Shown here in pieces: positions 1 to 10,303 of a stretch of DNA of 33,234 nucleotides. A program made the translations under genes and the position numbers. The stretch covers positions 11,740,731 to 11,773,964 of the forward strand of contig NC_069009.1 in the NCBI RefSeq assembly GCF_001194135.2. Direction: 5' to 3'. The notes beneath the pieces are model-generated. The model did not search any database, was not told where the DNA came from, and saw only the letters and a program-made list of their open reading frames with translations. Each line of letters begins with the position of its first letter. Positions within the stretch are counted from its first letter, which is position 1. The DNA is from Octopus bimaculoides (Eukaryota).

Positions 1-99
1 AATTAAATGAGGTTCATATTGTATTTATACACACATGCATATAAAATGAATAACTCAAACTCAAAGAGCAGCAACATATGTGTACGTGCGTGTGTGTAT

Positions 100-200
100 C
101 TTCGAAACGCCTAGTTTAGAATAGAGGCAGCTGATGAAGGAAAAGTTCAATAAGCGGCTCGTCTGTTTTCCTATGTGTTCATTCTGTTGTCCATAATTAC
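100..200 (+). mobile_element. Fragment of a Penelope-like tail family (begins CTTCGAAAC); related copies at ~3440-3610 (-) and ~7805-7860 (+)
   Basis: CTTCGAAACG(T/C)CTAGTT(T)AGAATAGAGGCAGCTGATGAA...CTGTTTTCCTATGTGTTC is shared with the reverse complement of 3490-3565. The Penelope assignment is inferred from the hammerhead-like GAAAC-GUC remnant. Confidence 0.4.
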
Positions 201-216
201 ATAAATAAATCCAGTT

Positions 217-280
217 ATCTGTAAACTAGTTTCGAAATTAACATTTTCTTACTGAAAATATGTTTCTCATCAGTATAGAC
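217..280 (-). ncRNA. Type I minimal hammerhead ribozyme fold (GUU site)
   Basis: Minus strand: stem I GUCUAUA(280-274)/UACAGAU(223-217) with one A.C mismatch; CUGAUGA 273-267; stem II GAAA/UUUC extended by AUAUUUUC-AGUAA-GAAAAUGU; GAAA 233-230; palindromic stem III ACUAGU; triplet GUU. Confidence 0.7.
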
Positions 281-955
281 CGCTAAATAAATATAATTCT
301 CAGAATCATATTCTAGTTGTTCCCCTGAGATCTCAGATATTTTTTCTGAATCTCCTTGATTTTTTTAATGTGCTTGTTCCCTGGTATTAAATTGATATTA
401 ATTAATATCCAATTTTTTACTCTACTGTTTTAATTTAATTAACCATAACCACATTCTCAAAGTTGGTATATTCGATGCAGAAACCATTTTCTGTGGAAAT
501 ATTTCCGGATTTAGCGCGCAAAAACGAAGACTTTTGGATCTTACCATAAATATAATTAACAGAACCGTATACACATGCTCCATTCGTGGGGAACAACTAG
601 TATATGATTCTGAGAATTATATTTATTTAGCGGTCTGTACTGATGAGAAACAGATATTTTCGGTAAGAAAATGTTAATTTCGAATGTAATTTTCACTTGT
701 CTTGCCCGTATACGTTTTTGTTGCTTCGCTAAATTCCCTTTGAGAATTATTCGGTCTTAGTAGACACATTACATGTGATCTTCTTATAGCACATTAACAG
801 TCCACCTAGTGGTCTCCTTTATAAATACATATACAATAATCCTTTGAGATCTCAGATATTTTTTCTGAATCTCCTTGATTCTTTTAATGTGCTTGTTCCC
901 TGGTATTAAATTGATATTAATTAATATCCAATTTTTTACCCTACTGTTTTAATTT
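217..955 (+). mobile_element. Retrozyme-like locus A: ~1.2 copies of a 519-nt unit plus a 5' inverted segment
   Basis: 111-bp near-identical direct repeats at 326-436 and 845-955 (period 519). Internal hammerhead 5' half at 633-684, with GAAA broken to GAAT. 225-325 is an inverted copy of ~588-684. Confidence 0.6.
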
Positions 956-987
956 ATATGTATATATATGTATATATGTATTTATTT

Positions 988-1187
988 GTGTGTGTCTGTT
1001 CCCCCACCATTGCTTGACAATTGATGTTGGTGTTTTTACATCCCTGTAACTTAGCAGTTCGGCAAAAGAGGCCGATAGAATAAGTGCTAGGCTTACAAAG
1101 AATAAGTCTTGGGGTTGATTTATTCGACTAAATGTGGTGCTCCAGCATGGCCACAGACAAATGGTTGAAACAAGTAAAAGAGTAAAT
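988..1187 (+). mobile_element. tRNA-SINE family A, 3' half
   Basis: TGTT..CCCC..TTGCTTGACAA...AGAATAAGT...CTCCAGCATGGCCACAG...GAAACAAGTAAAAGAG, matching copies at 23041 and 27503. Confidence 0.8.
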
Positions 1188-1292
1188 ACATGGGGTTGGT
1201 TAGGAAGATTTCAAATTGTGTATAAAATAATAATAATAATAAAACAAATAGCCAACTCTGAAAAGTTCATATAACGAACCACTTATTCTTAC

Positions 1293-1370
1293 CAAATTTG
1301 TGTCGATCATGTTTCTCACACCCTCCATGTCACCAGCTTGAATTTTCTCTAAGGTGGTGTTAATGTCCAT
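1293..1370 (-). CDS. First coding exon of ankyrin-repeat gene paralogue A (MDINTTLEKIQAGDMEGVRNMIDTNL); the gene runs off the left edge
   Basis: Pyrimidine tract + AG (1374-1373), then acATG, 26 open codons and a phase-0 GTAAGA donor at 1292-1287. Homologous to exon 18986-19069. Confidence 0.65.
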
Positions 1371-1914
1371 GTCTTGAATGAAAAATGTGAAAAAAGAAAA
1401 AGTAAAATAGCTTTTTAAAAATCCTAAAATGAGGCAAATAACAATATACAGAAGCTGATGGTTCTAAAATCTCGCATAATTTATAGCTGAATGTTCTTGG
1501 CACAAAATAAACCTAAATAACAGTCATTGTGTTGTGTCTCTTGGTTAGCTACGTTACTCTGCTTATTACAATCTGATTGGTTACAATTAAACCCTGAATA
1601 CTGGAATGTACAGTCTGTTGATCAGCTGGGCGGTAACACTGTCCATCTTGAGCAATAAATCTGTGGATCATGGCCCAGCAGGTGGAGACACTTTATAACA
1701 AATTGATTCTATAATATAAAAAGTAAATTAATGAAAAACAACAAAAGAATCAATAACAAATAATTTGTACAATAAAACCTCCTGTATTGGTCTTTGGTTT
1801 GATCTCATCTACATTGTTACTATTAAGATTCACATTATCAACAAACAGCTACTTTATAGGGCTTTGCAAATCCCTTTATATATATATTTATATACTGAGG
1901 GTGATAAATTGAAT

Positions 1915-2757
1915 CATCTTCATCGTTTAATGTCTGCTTTCGATGCTAGCATGGGTTGGACGATTTGACTGAGGACTGGCAAGCCAGAAAGCTGCACCAG
2001 GGTTCCAATCTGATCTGGCAGAGTTTCTACAGCTGGATGCCCTTCCTAACGCCAACCACTCCGAGAGTGTAGTGGGTGCTTTTGCGTGCCACCGGCACAA
2101 GGGCCAGCCACACGGTACTGGCAACGGCCACACTCAAAAAGGTGTTTTTTATGTGCCACCTGCACGGGAGCCAGTCCAGCGGCACTGGCAGCGACCTCGC
2201 TCGAATGGTTTTCTAAACGTGCCACCAGCACAATTGCTAGAAGGCAACGCTGGTAACGATTACGCTCTAATGGTGCTATTTACGGGCCACTAGCACGGAA
2301 GCCAGACAGCTGCTCTGGTAATGAACATGCTCGGACAGTGCTGTTAGTGCTCCACTGGCGCGGTGACCAGTCATCGAGTATGGTTCAATTACGATTTCAC
2401 TTCCCCCAGCAGGTCTTCGCAAGCAGAGTTTAGTGTCCAATGAAGGAGAGGTTGGCATGGGTGCCAGTCATTGGATTCTGTTCGATTTTGATTACAGATT
2501 TCAAATTTCAAATTCCAAATTCACTTGCCCCAACAGGTCTTTGCAAGCAGAGTTTTTAGTGTCCAATGAAGTAAAGATACGAATTAGTGAGCTGGCTACA
2601 CTTCTGGCAGAGGTCACAGATTATGCTCTCACTTGCCTTGCCGGGTCTTCTCACGTACTGCATATTTCTAAAGGTCTCGGTCACTGGTCATTGCCTCGGT
2701 GAGGCCTAAAGTTCGAAGGTCACGCTTCACCACCTCATCCCAGGTCTTCCTGGGTCT
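1915..2757 (-). mobile_element. 5'-truncated RTE-clade LINE (ORF2 C-terminus + 3'UTR + GAT tail)
   Basis: 2757-2629 translates RPRKTWDEVVKRDLRTLGLTEAMTSDRDL*KYAVREKTRQGK*, a typical RTE ORF2 end. The 3'UTR has ~70-bp internal repeats and ends ...TTAAACGATGAAGATG. Confidence 0.85.
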
Positions 2758-3356
2758 AATTTTAATTCAAAACCAGTGGTCTAGCATATTGGGGACCTCT
2801 TTCTAGCATATTGGATGTCCACCTAGTGGTCATCCCTTCTTATACGCATGTAATACAATTTTTCTGAATTATCAGATTTTTTTACATGCTAGACCACTGG
2901 TTTTAAATTGAAATTAATATTCAATTTATCACCCTCAGTATATAAATATAAATAATTATGTTCTCTAGCTGGCAACATATACTGCAGAGAATTATACTCT
3001 GTAGAACTGTTTCCGGAATTTAGTGTGCCAGAGCTGAGACAATTTGAAAATAATCCCAATGTAATTGGTAGAACTGTACGCACGTCAAATTTTATGAAGA
3101 CAATTCGTGTATAGTTCTGCAAATTATATTGATTTTAGAACGATTGTGCTGAAGATCCACGGACATCTTTACGTAAGTAAAAGAGTTGATGGTGAAACCG
3201 GTACAGAATTAATTCTTTATTTTTTATATTTTTCCATTTTGTCTTGCCTGCCTATGCCCTGGTGTTTTTGCTGATTTTTTTTCTGGAGAAAATGATTTTT
3301 CTTTGTGGTTGAGGTTGTTGATGACCTCCTTCTAGCAAATTGGATGTCCAGCTAGT
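2758..3356 (+). mobile_element. Retrozyme-like locus B: ~1.06 copies of a 529-nt unit plus a 5' inverted segment (interrupted by the RTE; continues at 1883-1914)
   Basis: Direct repeats at 2795-2827 and 3324-3356 (period 529). Segments are homologous to locus A in the same cyclic order. 1883-1914 + 2758-2787 is an inverted copy of 2886-2950. Confidence 0.6.
3142..3210 (+). ncRNA. Type I minimal hammerhead ribozyme fold (GUA site)
   Basis: Stem I GAUUGUG/CAGAAUU with one G.G mismatch; CUGAAGA 3149-3155; stem II (U)CCA/UGG(U) with inner UCUUUAC-GUAA-GUAAAAGA; GAAA 3194-3197; palindromic stem III ACCGGU; GUA 3201-3203. Confidence 0.65.
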
Positions 3357-3439
3357 ATTATATATATATATAATACAAAGAATATATATGCATGTATACA
3401 CACATATATGTATATACTTACATCTACATGTGTATATAG

Positions 3440-3610
3440 ATGCATATCAGGGTACAGGATGTTAAAACAATGAACTACAGACAACGGAACGAACACATAG
3501 GAAAACAGAAAGCCACTTGGAATTATTCATCAGCTGCCTCTATTCTAACTAGACGTTTCGAAGATAAGGCAGAACGTGCTCTAGAATAGTTTCTTCCTGA
3601 GTAGTGGATC
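3440..3610 (-). mobile_element. Penelope-like tail fragment with a degenerate hammerhead (3548-3605)
   Basis: Minus strand: ACUA-CUCAGGA-AGA...AUCUUC-GAAAC-GUC-UAGU. Stem I and GAAAC-GUC are present, but the core is mutated. Confidence 0.45.
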
Positions 3611-3810
3611 AACCCACTAAACAGAGCATTCCAAGGTGGCAAACGTAAACCAAGATCAAATCAAACCACAATCAATGGAAATTGTAGTTGTGGCTGATGC
3701 CGGTGCCACCTGACTGGCTCCCCCGTGCCAGTGGCAGGCAATAAGCACTATACAAGTGGGGTGGCATCATTCAAAAGCTAAAACGATGCAAAGCGCATTG
3801 TGACCATGTG

Positions 3811-3812
<2 letters not shown>

Positions 3813-3854
<42 letters not shown>
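3813..3854. repeat. (AT)n microsatellite, one of many AT/GT/GA/CTA microsatellites in the window
   Basis: Direct reading. Confidence 0.95.
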
Positions 3855-3858
<4 letters not shown>

Positions 3859-4224
3859 AATGCATTAAATATTACAAAACATACATGTAGGACAGATACC
3901 AGGACCCTAATTCTTCATCAGTTATTGACCCAAAATACTAATACCCAGTTTCATGCCTTTTACAATAAGTCTGGGAACTTCATATATCAGTAGCACCTGC
4001 AAAATTTGCGTTGAATTAGGGCCCAAGCAAACAAAATAATACAGGGTGGACATATGAAAGTAAACAAAAGTAATTTGAAACGGCAGACAAAGACACATAT
4101 ATCTATAGATATATATACCAGCAGAAAGACTGCCCTCCGGGTGGTTTTCTACTGGCCACTTGATATTTTCACATTTGATTCCCAATTCTAATAAACTATG
4201 ATATTTAACGTCTATTTCTTCATA

Positions 4225-5165
4225 CAGGGTCCGGCAAAATGATCCGACACATTTGTAGGTTTAATAAAAGGCAAATAAATTAAAGTTACAAAAAAGTTTT
4301 TTTCATTTTCGAAAGGTACAAATAATGCCATTTTGTTTTGTTTTGTTTCGTTTTATTTTCATCTGTGTGCCACAGTGAAGAAGCAAAACTTCAGATACTG
4401 GGCCGAAAACAACCCTCGTGAGTTGCATGAACGCCCTTTGCATTCTCCTCGGGTGACTGTGTGGTGTGCGGTATCAGAATTCGGTATATGGGGTCCGTAC
4501 TTCTTTGAAGAAGACAACGTTACAGTGACTGTGAACTCTGATCGATATTGTGAGATGCTAGAGAATTTTCTCAGACCCAAATTGAATATGCTCCACGATA
4601 TGGAAAATGTTTGGTTTCAACAGGATGGGGCAACAGCCCACACTTCTCGACGTGCAATGGGAATTTTGAGGGAGATGTTTCCTGGTCATTTAATCTCATT
4701 GCGNNNNNNNNNNNNNNNNNNNNNNNNNNNNNNNNNNNNNNNNNNNNNNNNNNNNNNNNNNNNNNNNNNNNNNNNNNNNNNNNNNNNNNNNNNNNNNNNN
4801 NNNNNNNNNNNNNNNNNNGTTGGCCCGCCCGATCACCTGATTTAAATCCTTGCGATTTTTTCCTCTGGGGATACCTCAAGTCAAAGGTATACATCAATCG
4901 CCCTCGATCTATTGAACAACTTAAAGATGCCATTCGTCAAGAAATTGCTGCCATTCCTCATGAAATGATCTGCCGAGTTATGGACAACTTTCATGAACGC
5001 CTTCGATAGTGTGTGGACAATGACGGCTCCCATTTGACTGATTTAATTTTTAAAACCAAATGAAACAAAATGGCATTATATGTACTTTTCAAAAATAAAT
5101 AATTTTTTTTGTTTCTTTACTTTTTTTAAATCCAAAAATGTGTCAGATCATTTTGCCGGACCCTG
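4225..5165 (+). mobile_element. Internally deleted Tc1/mariner-superfamily transposon (probably DD41D/rosa-type)
   Basis: 30-bp TIRs CAGGGTCCGGCAAAATGATC(C/T)GACACATTT (4225-4254 / 5136-5165, 1 mismatch). TA target duplications at 4223-24 and 5166-67. Confidence 0.95.
4357..5064 (+). pseudogene. C-terminal half of a DDD transposase
   Basis: FHLCATVKKQNFRYW...VTVWCAV...GPYFF...WFQQDGATAHT...[gap]...WPARSPDLNPCDFFLWGYLKSKVY. One in-frame stop at 5007-09. The N-terminal HTH region and first Asp are absent. Confidence 0.9.
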
Positions 5166-5432
5166 TATAATAGTGCTCATTTGCTTAGTAAATATTGCTT
5201 TCATTATTTTATCACAGTCATAATCTCTTTTTCAAACAAACAGCATGGTGGTCCAACAACAGAGGGAGAAGCAGTTTGTCAAGTTTTACATTCCCCTCAA
5301 AGCAACATAGAGATTTCAATTCAGCAGCCCATCTGTCAGCTTCGCAGTGTGTGTGTGGGAGAAAGAAAAGGGGAGAGAAAACACTGGAAACAATGAATGA
5401 AATAAAAATGAAAGGAAAAAATTGTATAAATA

Positions 5433-5986
5433 AAAGGCCTCAGGCAGCCCACTTATACATAACGTCCTTCATTGGACACTAAACTCTGCCTGTGAAGACC
5501 TGTTGAGGCAAGCGAAATTGAAATCGAATTAAATTCGACGACTGGCACCCATGCCAACGTCGTCTCCTTCATTGGAAACGAAACTTGGCTTGCAAAGACC
5601 TACTGGGGAAGCAAAAGTGAAACCGTCAATGGCACCTGTGCCCAGCATCGCCTTCCTGGCACTTGTGCCAGATGGCACGAGTAAAGACATTCGAGCGAGA
5701 TCGTTGCCAGTGCTGCCGAACTGGCTCCTGTGCAGGTGGCACGTAAAATACACCATTTTGTGCGTGGCCGTTGCCAGTACCGCCTGACTGGCCTTCGTGC
5801 CGGTGGCACGTAAAAGCACCTACTACACTCTTGGAGTGATTGGAGTTAGGAAGGGCATCCAGCTGTAGAAACAGTCAAATCAGATTGGAGCCTGGTGTAG
5901 CCATCTGGTTTTACCAGTCCTCAGTCAAATCATCCAACCCATGCTAGCATGGAAAGCGGACGTTAAACGACGATGATGATGATGAT
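5433..5986 (+). mobile_element. RTE LINE 3'UTR fragment with (GAT)n tail
   Basis: Same family as 1915-2757; ends GGAAAGCGGACGTTAAACGACGATGATGATG. Confidence 0.85.
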
Positions 5987-6959
5987 GTGTGTGTGTGTGT
6001 GTATATATTTACGTGGATGTATACATATTGTTTTAATTCTATCTTTATACACGCACAAACACAAATAACAAAACTGGTACACCGTCGATTACGACAATCG
6101 CAAGTATTCAAACCTTCTCTGCCACTCTTCTAACTTCATTCTTCCTCTGAAAAAGAAGGCTTTCGTCTAATTGAACTATGTGTTGTACCACAGGACGGCT
6201 GTCCATCTGTTAATATTGTTGATGGACATACACCTTGTCACTGGCATTTCACATATAAAGTCCAGGATTATGTGAAAAAGTGTGCAGACCGTCAACTGAC
6301 TTTTTTCCATAAACGTATTAAAAAATTATTTGAAAATTATAATGAGAAACGAATGGTAGATTCGGACAGTCCAAATTTTTTTTTTTTTTTTGCATAATCG
6401 TATCAATTCCATTATGCAGAAGACAGAATCCGAAACATTTTCAGGAGTAACCTCAGACTGTTCTCTTAAGGATTAAGCCAAATTGTCGTGAAGACATGAC
6501 TTCGTGTGGATAGCATAAATGTCGCTTAAAGACATGGAAAAATTGTGGTTTTTATAATCTTCATTGGAAATTTCTAGAAGCGTCCAGAAACAATCTTTTG
6601 GAATAATTTTTGGTCAAAAACCAAGATGGCGTTGGCTCGTATATTTTTCATCCAATGAAACGAGTTCTTTTAAATCAAGTTTGCTNNNNNNNNNNAAATT
6701 ACCGCCAAAAGAACTTAACTCTGGTTTATTTTCATTCAATAACAATTGGCTAAAACGCTTTTTACTACAAACACATTTGGCAATCGATCGGTTTTGGTCT
6801 GCGAGAAATGAAAGTTGCCACATTTAATAGTCACTTGCTGGACCCGACGCGCGAACCCGCGCTAATGAGTGGCACCCGTGATAAAAAAAATTAAAAAATC
6901 ATTACATGAATATGGGCATAATTTCGATCGGAGTCGATTTTTGTAAACAAAAACAACTC

Positions 6960-7110
6960 AGTAATTTCCGTGACACGTATACACAGTAAATCGGGAAAAT
7001 TGCAAAACGCAGATTCAAGAGTTTAATGAGAGTAGACACAAATATGATTGAATCCCATCGAGATGAATTTCTTTGGTGGGAAAAATATGGGAAAACTGGG
7101 GGATGACGGT
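6960..7110 (+). pseudogene. Degenerate Merlin/ISXO2-like transposase C-terminus
   Basis: TYTQ*IGKIAKRRFK...ESHRDEFLWWEKYG resembles the HTQ..IE..W..K...YL.EF.WR tail of Merlin transposases. Confidence 0.4.
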
Positions 7111-7606
7111 TTTCAGAACATTCTAAAACGTCTTTCAGAATGGTTCATTTTTGAATAACATTTTTATTTCATTATTTTCACTTTTATTTATGAATACATT
7201 TGAGTATGATTTTATCTGAAATGCAAAATTTGCGTTATTTTCATTCATTCAGTTGATTGGTTAACCTCCAGTGTTTGATCCGGGCAAAATAATACTGTAA
7301 TAGGTGTAAAACATGTAGTAAACGAATACGAAAATAAATAAATAAATAAAACAAAAGGTTAACCGTTTAGGTGATAGATATAGAGGTTATGAGCGGTAGT
7401 GGTGTCAATTAGACCCAGAGGTTTCAGGTAATGCTGAGTAAGTGCTATGGATAGACCATAGTTGAGCTCCAGGTTCGGTGATTATGCGAATACATATAGA
7501 TATACACATAGANNNNNNNNNNGTAAGTGCTATGGATAGACCATAGTTGAGCTCCAGGTTCGGTGATTATGCGAATACATATAGATATACACATAGAGAT
7601 ATATAC

Positions 7607-7661
7607 TTTCACGCTCCCGTTCATCGGACAGTTTTGTTAGAAAAAAACTGTCCGATGAACG
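7607..7661. repeat. Perfect 18-bp hairpin formed by an inverted partial hammerhead copy
   Basis: CGTTCATCGGACAGTTTT (7618-7635) / AAAACTGTCCGATGAACG (7644-7661). The minus strand reads CUGU-CCGAUGA-ACG-GGAG-CGU-GAAAG. Confidence 0.85.
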
Positions 7662-7692
7662 AGGACGTGAAACTCCGAGTAACAGTTTTTTT
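7641..7692 (+). ncRNA. Type I hammerhead fold with variant core CCGAUGA
   Basis: 11-bp stem I AAAAAAACUGU/ACAGUUUUUUU; CCGAUGA 7652-7658; stem II ACG-AGGA-CGU; GAAA 7669-7672; stem III ACU-CCG-AGU; GUA with H17 at 7681. Confidence 0.65.
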
Positions 7693-8540
7693 GTTATATT
7701 TCTGCTGCTTTTAAATAAAGCATATTACTCTACCTCTGCTATCTGAGTACTCTTTTTTCCCCCACCTTTCTGCACATTTATGTGCTTACTCCATAGACCT
7801 AACTCTTCGAAACGCTTAGTTTTAGAATGGTGGCAGCTGTTGAAGGAAATAAACGTTTCTAGTAAAGTAGAAGAGAACAGAAGCAGCGTATTACTTCATT
7901 ACAAATCTACGGATGCACATACGCACATAATAGAGAAAAATAAAACAATTATGGACAACTTGCTCCGAGACACCACCGAGTGGGGAACACTTCTCAAAAA
8001 TAACCTGCAGTTGTTTCCTTCAAAATTCCTACATGCTCGAAATGTACATACATCAAGGTATATTTGTAGAAAATTTCAAGAAAAAATATTAATTTTCCTG
8101 GAAGTTAAGAGGAATTTAAGTGGACTCTGTTGGAGTTTCCGAAAGTTGTCCCCCACCCCCATTCCAAAACACTTTTACCGAAAATTTTTGTATATTCGGA
8201 ATCTACNNNNNNNNNNNNNNNNNNNNNNNNNNNNNNNNNNNNNNNNNNNNNNNNNNNNNNNNNNNNNNNNNNNNNNNNNNNNNNNNNNNNNNNNNNNNNN
8301 NNNNNNNNNNNNNNNNNNNNNNNNNNNNNNNNNNNNNNNNNNNNNNNNNNNNNNNNNNNNNNNNNNNNNNNNNNNNNNNNNNNNNNNNNNNNNNNNNNNN
8401 NNNNNNNNNNNNNNNNNNNNNNNNNNNNNNNNNNNNNNNNNNNNNNNNNNNNNNNNNNNNNNNNNNNNNNNNNNNNNNNNNNNNNNNNNNNNNNNNNNNN
8501 NNNNNNNNNNNNNNNNNNNNNNTCCGTCTACTGACTACCG

Positions 8541-8697
8541 CGAACGCGCAGTCGCGCGTCCGCGCTAGCTAGTCTTGAGTGGTCGATCCTAACCCAATCC
8601 CGCGTGTGCAAATGAATATGTGTTTAGAGTTAGGATCGACCACTCACGACTAGCTAGCGCGACTGCGCGTTCGGGTCCGCGCTGCTTTAGTAGTACC
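8541..8697. mobile_element. CpG-rich fold-back MITE (same family as 13722-15074)
   Basis: Inverted arms CGAACGCGCAGTCGCGCG...CTAGCTAGTC(T/G)TGAGTGGTCGATCCTAAC; right end GCTGCTTTAGTAGTACC. Confidence 0.7.
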
Positions 8698-9793
8698 GGG
8701 AACTTACAGCAAGCTTTCAGAGTGATTAGGATTAAATAAGGAATAAATATAAAAATAATTATTAAATGCATAGCACTGGTACATACTAAGATACATTACA
8801 TTGCGTATGGAAATATTTAATCCGGAAAAAAAAGGGGAATCTAACGAACCTAATTGCGGTAAACCCGTTTGTATGAAGAAGAGGTCACGGCCGGAATGTC
8901 GTTCAAGAAGGCATGAATGGCGAAGACTAAGTACTGAGAGAGAGAGAGCTTAAGTAAGAGGGAGAGTGAAAGACGACAGTGAATGAATAGAAAGAGTAGG
9001 AGTGAGTGTCTGTGTGAGGAGAGAGGCAGGAAGTATGTTTACTACAGTTTACTCTGTTTACGTGTTAGTGGTCGACCACTGTGACACGCAATCGCCAGTT
9101 GAATAACTCATTAATTCGCTTGAGAAGGGAGATAAATTGACTTTGAAACATTCCGTACTATTCAACTTGAAATCGATTTCAAATTACCCCCGGGGTAACC
9201 TAAAATCCATTTCGTCCTGCCCTCCAACCGTCTCAGATCAAATTACCCTTCTTCCTGAAATCCTTTGTCATCCGTGTTGTAAATAAAACAATTATAATTT
9301 TTATCATTCACGTTATTATAATTGGTTTGTTCGTCTGTAGTTTTTATAATTATAATAACTTTACAATGAGAAAAATAAAATGAACAGAATCGAAAATATT
9401 CGAAGGTTTTTTTCTGGAGAAATAATGGGCGAATATTATTTAAGCAGTGTTAAATGCGCCTGTGTAAATTTAATCTTTTGTATATAAATATATTTGGTTT
9501 GTATTGAATGCGTAATAATTCGTATATCAGTATTGATATATTTTTTGGCCATTTTTACACGTGTGTGCCCCGAACCGCCTCGATTTTGTTTCCCCATAAC
9601 GTCCAGAAAAATGGATATTTTGTAATGAAATTTTCAACATATGTGGTATGACGTCAGTGACTGGGGAGTTGACCGGAAGGGCGAGTTGACCGAAAGAGGA
9701 AAAAAGGATTTTGTGCCCTTATCGAACGTGGTTAGGAGAGGACGTGCTAAGCGACGGTCTAGGTTTGGGAGAAGCAGCGGATTTTTTTTAAAA

Positions 9794-10303
9794 CGGGGGC
9801 CACATTTTTCATTAATGTTTTACGTAGTGTTTTTGGTACCGAAAGACTTTCAAACTTCGTATACTTATCTATTTTGTGTTATAGAACAGAAAAATATTTT
9901 TGTATTCGAATTTATTTCATGTAAAAAATTGTCTTATTTCGATAATTTCAACCAATCACTGACAAGTATTCAGTTGTTTATATTTACTCCTTTGGCTGAT
10001 TAAGCCATAGCTTCGTTTTATTTGCTTTTTTCTTTTTAAATTTGCTGTTTTACCCTAACCCTAACCCTATCACCGATAGAATTGTTTCAGAATCGTTTGT
10101 TTATGTAGTCGGCACTTAATGTATATCGGCTGAATGGACGTCAGTGATTGGTTGAAATTACAGAAATACGACAACTTTAACATGGAATAACTTAGGGATT
10201 TCTTTTTTTCTAAGAAGACTAAGAGAAAAAGATGTTTTATATGACACATTCTACAAGTGTTCGAAGTTTCAAAGTGTTTCGTTAATGAAAAATGTGGCCC
10301 CCG
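9794..10303. mobile_element. 510-bp non-autonomous TIR element with 10-bp TSD (MULE- or Merlin-like)
   Basis: Perfect 22-bp TIR CGGGGGCCACATTTTTCATTAA; TTTTTTAAAA on both flanks (9784-9793, 10304-10313); imperfect inverted arms of ~170 bp; central CCCTAA tract. Confidence 0.85.

Noticed and set aside
2080-2400. Regularly spaced ~70-bp repeats (CRISPR-like appearance)
   Set aside because: These are degenerate internal repeats of the RTE 3'UTR, present in every copy. There are no unique spacers or cas genes, and the context is eukaryotic.
6130-6850. Possible decayed transposase coding sequence
   Set aside because: Multiple stops and no motif I can assign with confidence; needs a tBLASTx or HMM search.
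7438-7597. Exact 75-bp tandem duplicate around a 10-N gap
   Set aside because: An identical copy on each side of a gap most likely reflects an unmerged contig overlap.
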